Positions 1 to 10,660 of a DNA stretch of 64,000 bases are shown piece by piece. The number at the start of each line of letters is the position of its first letter. The first letter of the stretch is position 1. The notes under the pieces are model-generated. The model worked only from the letters and a program-made list of their open reading frames with translations, ran no database searches and was not told where the DNA came from. The translations under genes and the position numbers were made by a program. Source of the DNA: Paramoeba atlantica (lineage: Eukaryota; Protista; Discosea); the NCBI GenBank assembly GCA_977017575.1, contig CDRNVI010000050.1, positions 1-64,000 of the forward strand. Direction: 5' to 3'.

Positions 1-317
1 TGACGGGGGGGCAGCATATGGCGGTGGCGGTGGGGTCGGGGTTGGTGGCGGGGATTGCGGCTGCGGTGATTTCGCATCCCGCCGATACGTTGTTGTCGAA
101 GATTAATAAGTCTCCGAGCGCCGGGGGGGAGGGGAGTATTCCCACGCGGTTGGTACGGCTCGCAAAGGCGACGGGGTTTCGAACATTGTGTGTGCAGGGA
201 CTCGGGGCGCGTTGTGTGATGATTGGTGCCCTGACGGCGGGGCAGTTTGCGATTTTTGACCGTACCATGGCGCTATGTGGCGCGCAAAGGTTTCATTTTC
301 AGGAACCGCGAAAGTAA
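1..317 (+). CDS. Mitochondrial phosphate carrier (MCF family), 3' part; 5' end lies outside the window
   Basis: The frame is open from the window edge. It contains the carrier signature SHPADTLLSKINK and GLGARCVMIGALTAGQFAIFD, typical of the PiC third repeat. Confidence 0.85.
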   Translation, partial: TGGQHMAVAVGSGLVAGIAAAVISHPADTLLSKINKSPSAGGEGSIPTRLVRLAKATGFRTLCVQGLGARCVMIGALTAGQFAIFDRTMALCGAQRFHFQEPRK

Positions 318-816
318 AGGAGGGGAAAGAGGGGAAAAGGGGGGGGAATAGGCAAGTATGGATGAAAAAACCGGGAATAGGGGGGTAGATACAAGGTAAA
401 CTTTATACATTGATGCATACGATTTGTTGTGCTGTTCTTTTTTTGTTTTAAATGAAGGAGTAGAATTTAGTTTCAGACAAAAGCTTGAAAGTAGAACCTC
501 TTCGTTTTGTTTTTTTACTCGTGACCGGTAGATTATTAGCCAGATCTCTCTACACGGTCAAGTGGGTCAAGTATGAATTTCACTTTTACGATCGCTTCTT
601 TGGGAACGTACATCCAGACGTAAAATATATGGTGTCGACGGTAATTGTATTCTTGTAACTTTTAGTAGAACTCGACCCTACTCTGCATAACTTTCCTATT
701 CAAGGACTGACAAAGTAAGTACGCAAGAACAATGCTTCCAAAAACGGCTTTTATGGCAAAGATAAAAGTGGCCTTCGTTTTTCTTCCTTATTAGAAACTC
801 TTAAAAAGCATTCTAC

Positions 817-1437
817 ATGTCTATCTACCACAACATTTTGTTGCGTACGTTGGATTCGGAAGCTCCACATGGTCAGCGCCCGGGAAAGGTAGCTGGAGTT
901 CCCCTCCCCCTGGAGTATGACTTGGCACGATTCGTGAAAAACGTGGAAGTGTATGAAACCACGTGGAGTACCGATACCCCCGCATGCGAGTGGTGTGGAA
1001 TTGAATGTGATTCGGACTCCAATGTGGTGGGCATTTACTGGTGCAGCAATTATCTTAGTGGTGAGTTGGATTGGAATTATCTTCCCGGAACTGTAGAAGA
1101 GTTAAGGTTGTTGAGTAATCAACTACAGGGAAGCGTTCCATTTGAAAGTCTCCCCTCTTCATTGGAAAATCTCAGCATTTCGGACAATAAGTTTACTGGG
1201 ACGCCGAATTTTCTGTCTTTGCCTCCTTCGATAGAATGCTTGAGCATTTCTTTAAACCACTTTGCAGGGTGGGTTGATTTCTCAATGCTCCCCTTGTCTC
1301 TGTGTGACGTGCATCTCGATGGCAACGAAAATTTGGAGGGAACTTTGGACGTGGAAGGAAAGTTGAAGGGCTTGTACTACGATGTGAAGGGAACAGAAAT
1401 TATCGTCAGTAACGGTATACTGACCCGTCCGCGATAA
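817..1437 (+). CDS. Short LRR protein, subfamily A (206 aa)
   Basis: N-cap W..TPACEWCGIECD followed by ~23-aa LPxxLxxLxLxxNxFxG repeats; near-identical to 1724-2365. Confidence 0.85.
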   Translation: MSIYHNILLRTLDSEAPHGQRPGKVAGVPLPLEYDLARFVKNVEVYETTWSTDTPACEWCGIECDSDSNVVGIYWCSNYLSGELDWNYLPGTVEELRLLSNQLQGSVPFESLPSSLENLSISDNKFTGTPNFLSLPPSIECLSISLNHFAGWVDFSMLPLSLCDVHLDGNENLEGTLDVEGKLKGLYYDVKGTEIIVSNGILTRPR

Positions 1438-1450
1438 TAGAATGTTTGGT

Positions 1451-1551
1451 CGCTTCGTTAAAAGCGATGGTTGTTTTCAAGTACAAGTGCTTGTAGAGGT
1501 CACTGCTGCTGCGCGGTTCGCGTTGAAAACTTCCTCCGCGTTTAACAGAGG
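1451..1551. repeat. Degenerate stand-alone copy of the ~95-bp terminal palindrome (also at 9746-9846)
   Basis: cttcgttaaaagcgatggttgttttcaa...gttgaaaacttcctccgcgtttaac resembles the hairpin at 28873-28967. Confidence 0.7.
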
Positions 1552-1723
1552 ACCATTGTATATTGTACGTTGACACTAGAATGCAATAATACAGTAGCAC
1601 GCGACCTGACTCTGCACAACTTGTCGATTCAAAGACTTATAAAAAACAATTTGTTTTTATGACAGTGATAAACGGTGACCTTTGTTTCTCTTCCTTATTA
1701 GAAACTCTTAAAAAGCATTCTAC

Positions 1724-2365
1724 ATGTCTATCTACCACAACATTTTGTTGCGTACGTTGGATTCGGAAGCTCCACATGGTCAGCGCCCGGGAAAGGTAGC
1801 TGGAGTTCCCCTCCCCCTGGAGTATGACTTGGCACGATTCGTGAAAAACGTGGAACAGGATCAAGACACGTGGAGTACCGATACCCCCGCATGCGAGTGG
1901 TGTGGAATTGGATGTGATTCGGACTCCAATGTGGTGGGCATTTACTGGTGGAGCAGTTATCTTAGTGGTGAGTTGGATTGGAATTATCTTCCCGGAACTG
2001 TAGAAGAGTTAAGTTTGTTGAGTAATCAACTACAGGGAAGCGTTCCATTTGAAAGTCTCCCCTCTTCATTGGAAAATCTCGGCATTTCGGACAATAAGTT
2101 TAGTGGAACGCCGAATTTTCTGTCTTTGCCTCCTTCGATAGAATGCTTGAGCATTTCTTTAAACCACTTTGCAGGGTGGGTTGATTTCTCAATGCTCCCC
2201 TCGTCTCTGTGTGACATGCATCTCGATGGCAACGAAAATTTGGAGGGAACTTTGGACGTGGAGGGAAAGTTGAAGGGCTTGTACTACGATGTGAAGGGAA
2301 CAGAAATTATCGTCAGTAACGGTATACTCACCCGTTTGAGAGATACGAATGATGGTTTATTTTAA
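1724..2365 (+). CDS. Short LRR protein, subfamily A (213 aa)
   Basis: Same N-cap and LRR consensus as 817-1437. Confidence 0.85.
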   Translation: MSIYHNILLRTLDSEAPHGQRPGKVAGVPLPLEYDLARFVKNVEQDQDTWSTDTPACEWCGIGCDSDSNVVGIYWWSSYLSGELDWNYLPGTVEELSLLSNQLQGSVPFESLPSSLENLGISDNKFSGTPNFLSLPPSIECLSISLNHFAGWVDFSMLPSSLCDMHLDGNENLEGTLDVEGKLKGLYYDVKGTEIIVSNGILTRLRDTNDGLF

Positions 2366-2562
2366 CAGCTGGGCCTTTTTTTTCCTTTTTCTCCCTATTT
2401 TCGGGGTTCATGAAAACTTTGGGACTAAAAATCTATAAAGAAAGTATTTTAAAGTTTTTGTGACGCCCCCTTTATACTTTGCCCATTTTAAGCGTTCGTA
2501 AGTAACCCTGTCTCTTTTTCCGTGCGCAGGACATTTTCCCAATCTAATAACAGATAGACATA

Positions 2563-5279
2563 CACCCCCGTTCAGAAAAAATGTTACAAAAGTTTTGAGA
2601 GCATGGAAGGAGCTTTTTAGCTAGTTTTTTTTCGTAGTTACTCGGATACGTTAGGATAACAACGGAAAAATAGTCAGAATTCATCATTTTGCAGTACTTG
2701 ACCAGAGTATTTTTTATGTCAAAATTTTATCTGAAAATTATCTACTTTCAGTGATTTGTTCTTATTTTTCAATGTCACAAACGGACTCAAGTCTCTCTGC
2801 AGAGAGTCTTTCCGCGTCTTCCGCAACGGATACCGACTGGGAACCTTCGGAAGCTTCTGAAACGGAGTATGATTCCTCTTGCTCGACTTCGGGGGATTCT
2901 GAAGAATGCGAATCTGCCTACCACGAAAGTGGTTCAGATATCGCTTTCGTTGTAGGTGAAGGTATCGGTTCGGAAAGTTGCGATTCCGAAGATATGACTC
3001 TCCCCTTTCTTTTTCAAAAATCGCAACAGACGCACCATTCAACGAAATGCATAGCGGACCATACTTTTCAAGCAGATCTATTGGAAATCACTCAGAGTAT
3101 ATCACATCACTTAGCATCCACTTTAGCATCCCCCGCCTTAGAACCCCCAGAACCACAGATTCAGCAAAGTGGAGAAGTTCAGAAGACGTCTCCCGAGGTT
3201 TGTCTCGCACTCAGAGACTGCAACGAACCCCCGGACGTACATGTGATGGAGCGAATTGAGATTACCGGTGATTCGTTGGAACCCCCTTCCGAAAATGAGG
3301 CTCCTAACTCAACCACACCTTTAGCCACTCTTAAAAAAACAATTAGTTCGCTAAATCGAACTGTGCAGGCACAGAGAAATGCGATAAAACGTTTAAAGAA
3401 GAGCCTGCGGATTCACAGGAGGGTAATAAATGCATCTGAGGAACGAGAAGCTCGTTCAAAAGAGTACGTCCGCGTTTCTGTACTCGAATCTGACGAATGC
3501 AAAATAAGGTGCCAGACGCTTAGGCACGAAGTTCTTGAATATTCCCATAGACTTGATACCCTAAAAAACTCTTATTTTACACTTTTTGAAGAGCAGCAGC
3601 GAATTCTTCGAAGCATGCGTGATTTAAGAAAACAAATGGTCGAGGGGTCTACTGGTGAGGTAGACAAGATCACTCCTGCGAAGAAGCCTCGAGGGCGACC
3701 AGCTAAACTTGCAACTCGGCGTAGACGCGGGCTTCCGGTGATTTTATCTCAGAAAGGCAGCTTGAAGACACCACATACCGTGGCCCTACGAGTTTTGTAC
3801 TTAACGGGATACTTCACTCCGGCGGATCTGTGCCACATGTTCACATTAAATCGAATGACATGCAGTCGAATTATTTAAGTATAAGTACAAAAGAAAGAAA
3901 AACACTCTGAATCTGACCCCTGCAAAGAAGGAAGCCCGGGTGCTGTTTTGTCAGGCTTTGTTGAAAGAGCAACAACTCACAGGAGGACTCTTTTTAAAGA
4001 AACTCCTTATAACTGATGAAACGTATGTACATGCCGGGGACGGTACTCGAAAAGCTTGGCAAAGTGATGAAGATGTTGTTTATCGATCGCGGGTACATCA
4101 TCCCACTAAAGTCATGCTCTGGGGTGGCATAGACATTCAAGGTAATATCCTTTGGCATTGGTGTAACAACTTTACAGAGTTTTACGCACACGAGGCCACA
4201 CGCTCTTTGTATCCCGGTGAAAGTCGTGAGATCCCCCCTCCTGGTCGCAAATTAGGAAATTATTACTACCGAAAGGAAATCTTGATGAAACAGTGGATTC
4301 CTTACCATGCATCTCACCATGCATCATTCTCATCATCTCTTACCATGCATCATTTTTCAGGATGACGGAGCACCGCCACATACGGCGAAGAAGACAATGA
4401 TGTGGTGGGGGACGAGGGATGAAATAGGTACTCAAAGTTTGCGCACCTACAAAAGTTCCGATGGAGCTATTCTCCCGAAATGGCCGGCGGATTCTCCTGA
4501 CCTTTCTCCTATTTGAAAATTTTTGGTCTTTTTTAATACAGGAGAAGAATAAAAAGTGTCCGAATACGCAATCCGAGATTATCCAGGTATCTGAAGAATT
4601 TTTGAGGAGTCCAAAAGCTCGTGAGCTGGCTCAAACAGTAGTTGACTCCTTTGAAAGAAGGCTGCAAGAGTGTGTAGCAAATGGTGGAAATCGGGTGAAT
4701 TATTAACTTTTTAACATTAGCACAGTGTATGGGCATTATGTGGGAGGGGAAAAGGATACAATCCCTTTTGGTATTTTCTTCGTGAGATAAATAGATAGAT
4801 TATAGTATCTACTTTTGTATGATAGTAAGATCCGTATTTAAGAAAGATTTATTTATTTTTATAATCAAATTTTTAAATTTCACTGATGCCGGACACACTC
4901 AGCATGGGAAAGAATGGTCGGGAGCTCCTTGTGGCCTTCTCTGGAACAGTCATCTTTCAGGTGGTACTGGCGCTGACCGTCTCATCTTAATAGATTGTAG
5001 AAGTTGTAGAAATATGCTCCTCTTCTGACTCATCCTTTCCGTCTTCTCCAACAAAAGTTTCCGTCAAAATTGACTTTTTAGGTCGACAGAAGGTTCCACA
5101 AGTTCAGTCAAAATAAACTTTTTAGGTCGACACAAGATTCCACAATGCGATATTTCAGTTGCTTGCAATATTTTTCCTCGGGAGCCCCTGCCGAGATCTC
5201 TTCAAAACAGACATTATTTCCCCTTTAGCGCACCTCATACGTCCAGGAAAACAGTAACAATATGGCATGAACGGGGGTG
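2563..5279 (+). mobile_element. Tc1/IS630-mariner-like DNA transposon, copy 1 (2717 bp)
   Basis: TA at 2561-62 and 5280-81. Terminal IR cacccccgttca..tgttac / gtaaca..tgaacgggggtg. Transposase motifs ITDETY, KVMLWGGI, FQDDGAPPH, WPADSPDLSPI-ENFW and VVDSFERRLQECVANGG. Confidence 0.9.
2772..4706 (+). pseudogene. Tc1-like transposase split by two +1 shifts (3876, 4514) and a copy-specific net +25-nt insertion (4319-4351)
   Basis: Successive ORF pieces join into HTH + DDE motifs in colinear order. Confidence 0.8.
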
Positions 5280-6582
5280 TATGGATGTTTTAACATGCAC
5301 TCGGTATTGCTGAATGGCTTCTTGATCCTCATGATCTTCTTAGTAAAATTTACAGGAGTGCGTCCCACGGGACTTCCGCTTGAGAACTCGGGGATCGCTT
5401 TGATTCAGTTCTTCAATAGAGTCCCTGTAATATTGGGGGCGATCCACCCACCAGCGCACACACGATGCTTTCAGTGCGCGTACTACTTTCTTCCACTTCC
5501 TCCTTCAATTTCTTGTTCCGGTCCCAGTGAACTTTGCCATCTTGGACATTGCTGTCACGCAACTCTAGCCACATGGTCTTGAACCAATGGGCCAAAACTT
5601 CGCGATCCTGATTCGTGTCCTTATAAAATCCTCCATATTTTTACTTCAGGAAGTTTTTCATGTGACTAGCGATGACGTCGGTTGAAGCATCAGTGAAGCT
5701 CAGCGACCATGTCTGAGTCGATTGCGTCCACCGCCCATGCCCGGGCACCTCTTCCACCTTTACTCCACGTCCTTGAAAAAGAGAAAACCCGTGTCCCGGG
5801 ACTTTGTCAAGAGCACAAGACCGTGCAGCAACATGTTCTCATCCACGGGGACGTTGCACAAGGATTTGAGAACGTTGCTTTCCGGATCAGAGAGTTGGCG
5901 CAGTCGCAAGCTCATCTACCCAGCGCACAAAGCAACGATGTTGTCTTACATTCGCTGGATTAGTACCGGTGGAGGCCGTCGCTCAGGGGAGTACTTGGTT
6001 GCGTTCTTTTCGGCGTTACTCATGTGTACGTAAAAACTCCACTGAAGTTTCCGACCTTAATGGCATGCGGAACGCTTCTTGAATAGAGCAAGCCACCCAC
6101 TTTCTCAAAGTCAAGTACCTCTCGGAATCAGAAGAATCGGGATCGTCATCCACGTATTCATCGTTGCTCGGAGTAAGGTCGTAGTCGAACATACACCTTA
6201 AGAAAACAGAAAATACAGCCAACAAAGAAATTAATGTCAGAGAGGTCAATTGTTATACAGGTATTTAGTTTAAAAGGCAGAACACTTAGTACAGTGCAAT
6301 GAAAATTATTTTTTGGGTTGGGTATCTTCGTTGAGTACTCAAAAAACGAATTACCGGAATTTCATACATGTAACGTAACAGGGCCCTGTAATGTACAGGT
6401 CCTGTACATTAGTTGTACTCCCGTTTACGGGGGTGGGTACGAAAATATAGGGCGCACAAAATTTGTATAACGTGGCCAACTTTGAAATATTTTTTCTCCC
6501 TCACACTCTCACACTCTTTTGCGTAAAATTTGTTTCCTTTTTTCGTTTGCATACAACCTAAATCGTATATTATGACTGTGTT

Positions 6583-8433
6583 ATGAGCCTTACTCCTTGT
6601 CTTGCTCATTGTGTCACACACCATCACATCACTCTCTCTGATAAAGCAGAAGATTCAGTTGCTGCGGAAAATGCGGACGATCCATTTATCTGGTCAGAAC
6701 CTCGATCCGTCTCAATCGCACCAGTGCTTTACCTTGTGCAAGGTGTTCTCCAACGACTTCATACTTCCAGTTTCTTCGAACGCAAAATCACCACCGAGAA
6801 AGATTCTGCCCACTCGGCGAAAAGTAAAATTTCGAATATGGATTCCACGAAACACCGAAAATCAGGAAGCCTTGATATCTATAAAGATTACCTCGCGTCA
6901 TGTTACGCATTTGTAAGTCAAGTAATGGACCTCGTTGAGAAATATCACAACCTGTGCTTGCGCGAAACCACCTACCTGAGAAAATCGTGTCGCGCTCCGC
7001 AACTCTCCGTCACTTCGGACAACCACGAGGCATGTCTGCCTGAAGCGGAGGCTGAAGGCGGTACGGTTCACCTCCTTGCCCTCTACCCCTCCCCGATTCA
7101 CCCCATCACGCTACAAGTTATAGACATTAAACAAATCAAAATAAAAACAGAACCCGAGTTGCGGTATCGTCTCACCCTGTGGGACGGCTGCTGCGGCTGT
7201 GATGCACTTCTGTGCGCCTCGTTAAGCACGAAATTCATCACCGCCTGTGAGGTGATTGCCATGGGCACTGTTCTCACCATCACCCACGCGGTGCTGCTCT
7301 ACCGTGAGCTCAGCTCTCCAGAGCACACCGCGTGGGGGAAGCAATTCAAAAGGGTCGAAAACGAACCCGATATCGAAACCAACAAAAGAATAGAAAACGA
7401 CCTCGAGTCACAAAAAAAAGAGTTTTCTAAAAGTGAGTATCACCCCGTACTTTTGATACTCGCCCTCGACGAGCGCAGCCTTTTCGAGTCCCACAACCAC
7501 TGGGTGATCTCCTCGAGGATGACACCCGGGGTAGCGACCCCTGCCCCTTGTTGGGCTCTTTTGGGAGGAGCAAATCCCAGAAATGAAACACCAGAATTCG
7601 TACCTTTTACCTGTGCGAATTGGTTTCGACAAAACGCCTCCATTCACTCTCTTTTGTTTGCACAACAAAAAGGAGAAGAAGAAGAAGAAGACGCTGAGTC
7701 TTCGACTTCGACTTCTTTAATCAATATAGTTCTCACGGATGCTCATGGCAACCATTGGGAGGTTGACCCCTCCTCGGGACGGTTTGTTCTTGAGAATAAA
7801 AAGAATAAATTCTTTCCCGAAAAACGGTTTTGGAGTCCTATGGGGGAAAAGAATAAAAAGGCTTCCCACAACAAACGACTCGCCCACTCCCGGGGGGAAA
7901 AATACCGAAATACATTATTTATACAAAATGAATTTACACAAAACGAAAATGAAAAAGAACAAAACGTGGACGAGCTCACGGCGCTGTACAAACTCTCCCA
8001 GATCCCCTCGGGAACTGTGGTGAGTGTGGAGGCCGTCGTCGCGTGTGTCTCCGTTGTCGGGGAGCTCATACGTACTCGGGATGGACGGGAGGTACTGCTC
8101 TCTCGGGTGTGGCTGGTCCCACCCGTAGACAGCGAGAAGGGGGGTATTGGAAAGAACAATGAAAACAGCACCTCCTCCCCTCTCCCTCATGATGGGAATA
8201 GGACAGAGGAGGTGGAGTTTCAAAACGTGTCTGTTTTGGATGTACGGGTTCCGTTAACGATATGGGGTCCCTTGCATTCTCGCCCTGAGGTGTCTCGGCT
8301 CTTAAAGGGTGAGATACCCGATAATTACGGTTCTATCGTGTGGCAAAACCTTACGGTGACTTCATTTCATGGCGCTTTGGGGTTAAGCACAAGGCACGAC
8401 ACGATGCTGTATACATGTATGTTGGAAGAATGA
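6583..8433 (+). CDS. OB-fold ssDNA-binding protein (RPA70N-like OB plus C-terminal RPA/SSB-like OB), 616 aa
   Basis: PITLQVIDIKQI..RYRLTLWDG resembles RPA70N (PILQVINIRPI..RYRLLMSDG). VSVEAVVACVSVVGELIRTRDGREV..VPLTIWG resembles a DNA-binding OB fold. Confidence 0.65.
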   Translation: MSLTPCLAHCVTHHHITLSDKAEDSVAAENADDPFIWSEPRSVSIAPVLYLVQGVLQRLHTSSFFERKITTEKDSAHSAKSKISNMDSTKHRKSGSLDIYKDYLASCYAFVSQVMDLVEKYHNLCLRETTYLRKSCRAPQLSVTSDNHEACLPEAEAEGGTVHLLALYPSPIHPITLQVIDIKQIKIKTEPELRYRLTLWDGCCGCDALLCASLSTKFITACEVIAMGTVLTITHAVLLYRELSSPEHTAWGKQFKRVENEPDIETNKRIENDLESQKKEFSKSEYHPVLLILALDERSLFESHNHWVISSRMTPGVATPAPCWALLGGANPRNETPEFVPFTCANWFRQNASIHSLLFAQQKGEEEEEDAESSTSTSLINIVLTDAHGNHWEVDPSSGRFVLENKKNKFFPEKRFWSPMGEKNKKASHNKRLAHSRGEKYRNTLFIQNEFTQNENEKEQNVDELTALYKLSQIPSGTVVSVEAVVACVSVVGELIRTRDGREVLLSRVWLVPPVDSEKGGIGKNNENSTSSPLPHDGNRTEEVEFQNVSVLDVRVPLTIWGPLHSRPEVSRLLKGEIPDNYGSIVWQNLTVTSFHGALGLSTRHDTMLYTCMLEE

Positions 8434-8616
8434 AATGGACTAAAAGGGCTTGAATAAGAGAACACTTTTTTCTTCGAAAGTTTTGCCTTTTTTCGGGCAG
8501 AGATATTTTCGACAGTCCCCGCGGAGGATTACGAGCATTGTTTCTGCACGACAACAAGGGGCCAGCTTTGTGGCCAGCTTGATAATTCCGTCCTTCCAAA
8601 GTCATCGATGAATTGC

Positions 8617-9436
8617 AGTAAAAGTCACAATTCTGAGAATGGTCAGTTGCACATTGCCGCGTAAAAAAGCACTTTTGCAAATTTTCGTCACAATTCTCAG
8701 AATTGACCTGTTGCACGTTGGCAGCACTTTTTTGGTAGAAATTGAATGGATTCTCATTTTTACTGATTTGCTTTTTTCTAAAAAAAAATGGTAGCCACAA
8801 AAAAGGGAGGTACATGGAAGAATATAAATAAAAACCATCTGCAGCAGCACGTCCTCATTGACGTCGACAACTTTGTTAATGAACCTAGCGAAGCCCAAGA
8901 AGAACTCTATGGAAAGAGAGTGAATATGAGACAGTGAAATTCATTTTTTCCCGAATTTTATTTTCATGATTTTTTTGGTGATTTCAATTTATTAATCCCA
9001 TGTTGTTATACGCTTTAGCTATAAGTCTCATTAAATTACGATCTTCGAATTATCATCTCTATGTCTGAATATTCCCTAGAAAATCGTAGGCCGATAAGCA
9101 AGTACATCATTCGAAGCCCCCCTTTGCCAAGAACCGTGGCCGTTGCAAGTCGTATAAATTCTTTTCCTGTCTCAGCAACGGTACCCCTTTCCACTGAAGG
9201 CAAACGAGGCAACGCTAGGATAGGGGGGGAGTAATATATTAGGTATAAAGAGGAAGTGCAGAAGCTGTATGAAACTTTTTTGGCCTTTCTCATTTTTGAT
9301 TCTCAAATGGAGTTGCACGTTGACATGGTCATTCAGAGACGCATTCTCATTTTTAAATAGCATTCTCATTTTTCCTAATTGCACGTTGACAGCCCAATTC
9401 TCATTTTTAGTGATTCTCAGAATTGTGACTTTTACT
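8617..9436. mobile_element. Non-autonomous TIR element (~820 bp); second copy ~16874-17697
   Basis: Perfect 24-bp IR agtaaaagtcacaattctgagaat (8617-8640 / 9413-9436), with subterminal attctcattttt and gttgcacgttg repeats. No TSD identified. Confidence 0.7.
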
Positions 9437-9469
9437 ATGTAGGTATGAGTACAGGCTTAAGGCTTCTTA

Positions 9470-9739
9470 AGCCGTGTTCCAGGATAGTATACCCATGCCC
9501 ACTTAGAATACCTACGCCCCCCTCAACACAACAGAAGCGAGAGATGTCACATTTTTAGAAGCGACAGAGTAACTTTTCTAGCAAGCCCCAGCTAAGAAAT
9601 CTTATTTGAAGGCCAAGGCACCTTTTTTCTAGCAACTACAGAGAACGAAAGCTCCGCGAAGCGGCGCGAAAAATTTTAAGTTTTTGCTTTTTAAAGAAAA
9701 TTTAGTATACCGTACCCACTTAGTATACCTACTAGGTAT
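9470..9739. mobile_element. MITE of the aaccatgttccagg family, right TIR truncated at the duplication junction
   Basis: Homologous to 37046-37331 and 17731-18030. Confidence 0.8.
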
Positions 9740-10018
9740 CCTAATCGCTTCGTTAAAAGCGATGGTTGTTTTCAAGTACAAGTGCTTGTAGAGGTCACTG
9801 CTGCTGCGCGGTTCGCGTTGAAAACTTCCTCCGCGTTTAACAGAGGACCATTGTATATTGTACGTTGACACTAGAATGCAATAATACAGTAGCACGCGAC
9901 CTGACTCTGCACAACTTGTCGATTCAAAGACTTATAAAAAACAATTTGTTTTTATGACAGTGATAAACGGTGACCTTTGTTTCTCTTCCTTATTAGAAAC
10001 TCTTAAAAAGCATTCTAC

Positions 10019-10660
10019 ATGTCTATCTACCACAACATTTTGTTGCGTACGTTGGATTCGGAAGCTCCACATGGTCAGCGCCCGGGAAAGGTAGCTGGAG
10101 TTCCCCTCCCCCTGGAGTATGACTTGGCACGATTCGTGAAAAACGTGGAACAGGATCAAGACACGTGGAGTACCGATACCCCCGCATGCGAGTGGTGTGG
10201 AATTGGATGTGATTCGGACTCCAATGTGGTGGGCATTTACTGGTGGAGCAGTTATCTTAGTGGTGAGTTGGATTGGAATTATCTTCCCGGAACTGTAGAA
10301 GAGTTAAGTTTGTTGAGTAATCAACTACAGGGAAGCGTTCCATTTGAAAGTCTCCCCTCTTCATTGGAAAATCTCGGCATTTCGGACAATAAGTTTGGTG
10401 GAACGCCGAATTTTCTGTCTTTGCCTCCTTCGATAGAATGCTTGAGCATTTCTTTAAACCACTTTGCAGGGTGGGTTGATTTCTCAATGCTCCCCTCGTC
10501 TCTGTGTGACATGCATCTCGATGGCAACGAAAATTTGGAGGGAACTTTGGACGTGGAAGGAAAGTTGAAGGGCTTGTACTACGATGTGAAGGGAACAGAA
10601 ATTATCGTCAGTAACGGTATACTCACCCGTTTGAGAGATACGAATGATGGTTTATTTTAA
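10019..10660 (+). CDS. Short LRR protein, subfamily A (duplicate of 1724-2365)
   Basis: Identical protein except FSG to FGG. Confidence 0.85.
   Translation: MSIYHNILLRTLDSEAPHGQRPGKVAGVPLPLEYDLARFVKNVEQDQDTWSTDTPACEWCGIGCDSDSNVVGIYWWSSYLSGELDWNYLPGTVEELSLLSNQLQGSVPFESLPSSLENLGISDNKFGGTPNFLSLPPSIECLSISLNHFAGWVDFSMLPSSLCDMHLDGNENLEGTLDVEGKLKGLYYDVKGTEIIVSNGILTRLRDTNDGLF

Larger units (their letters stand above)
1450..9739. repeat. 8.29-kb tandem segmental duplication, copy 1
   Basis: Matches 9745-18000 at offset 8295, then 8282 and 8257 after two indels. Contains an LRR gene, the Tc1-like element, the OB-fold gene and MITEs. Confidence 0.95.

Noticed and set aside
3860-3890. Tiny GT-AG intron as an explanation of the first transposase break
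   Set aside because: The candidate 15- and 21-nt introns keep the wrong frame or leave a stop, and site 2 has no GT-AG.
5056-5144. ~45-bp degenerate tandem duplication in the transposon 3' region as a second ORF or recombination site
   Set aside because: It breaks every antisense frame and has only two units; most simply a local slippage duplication.
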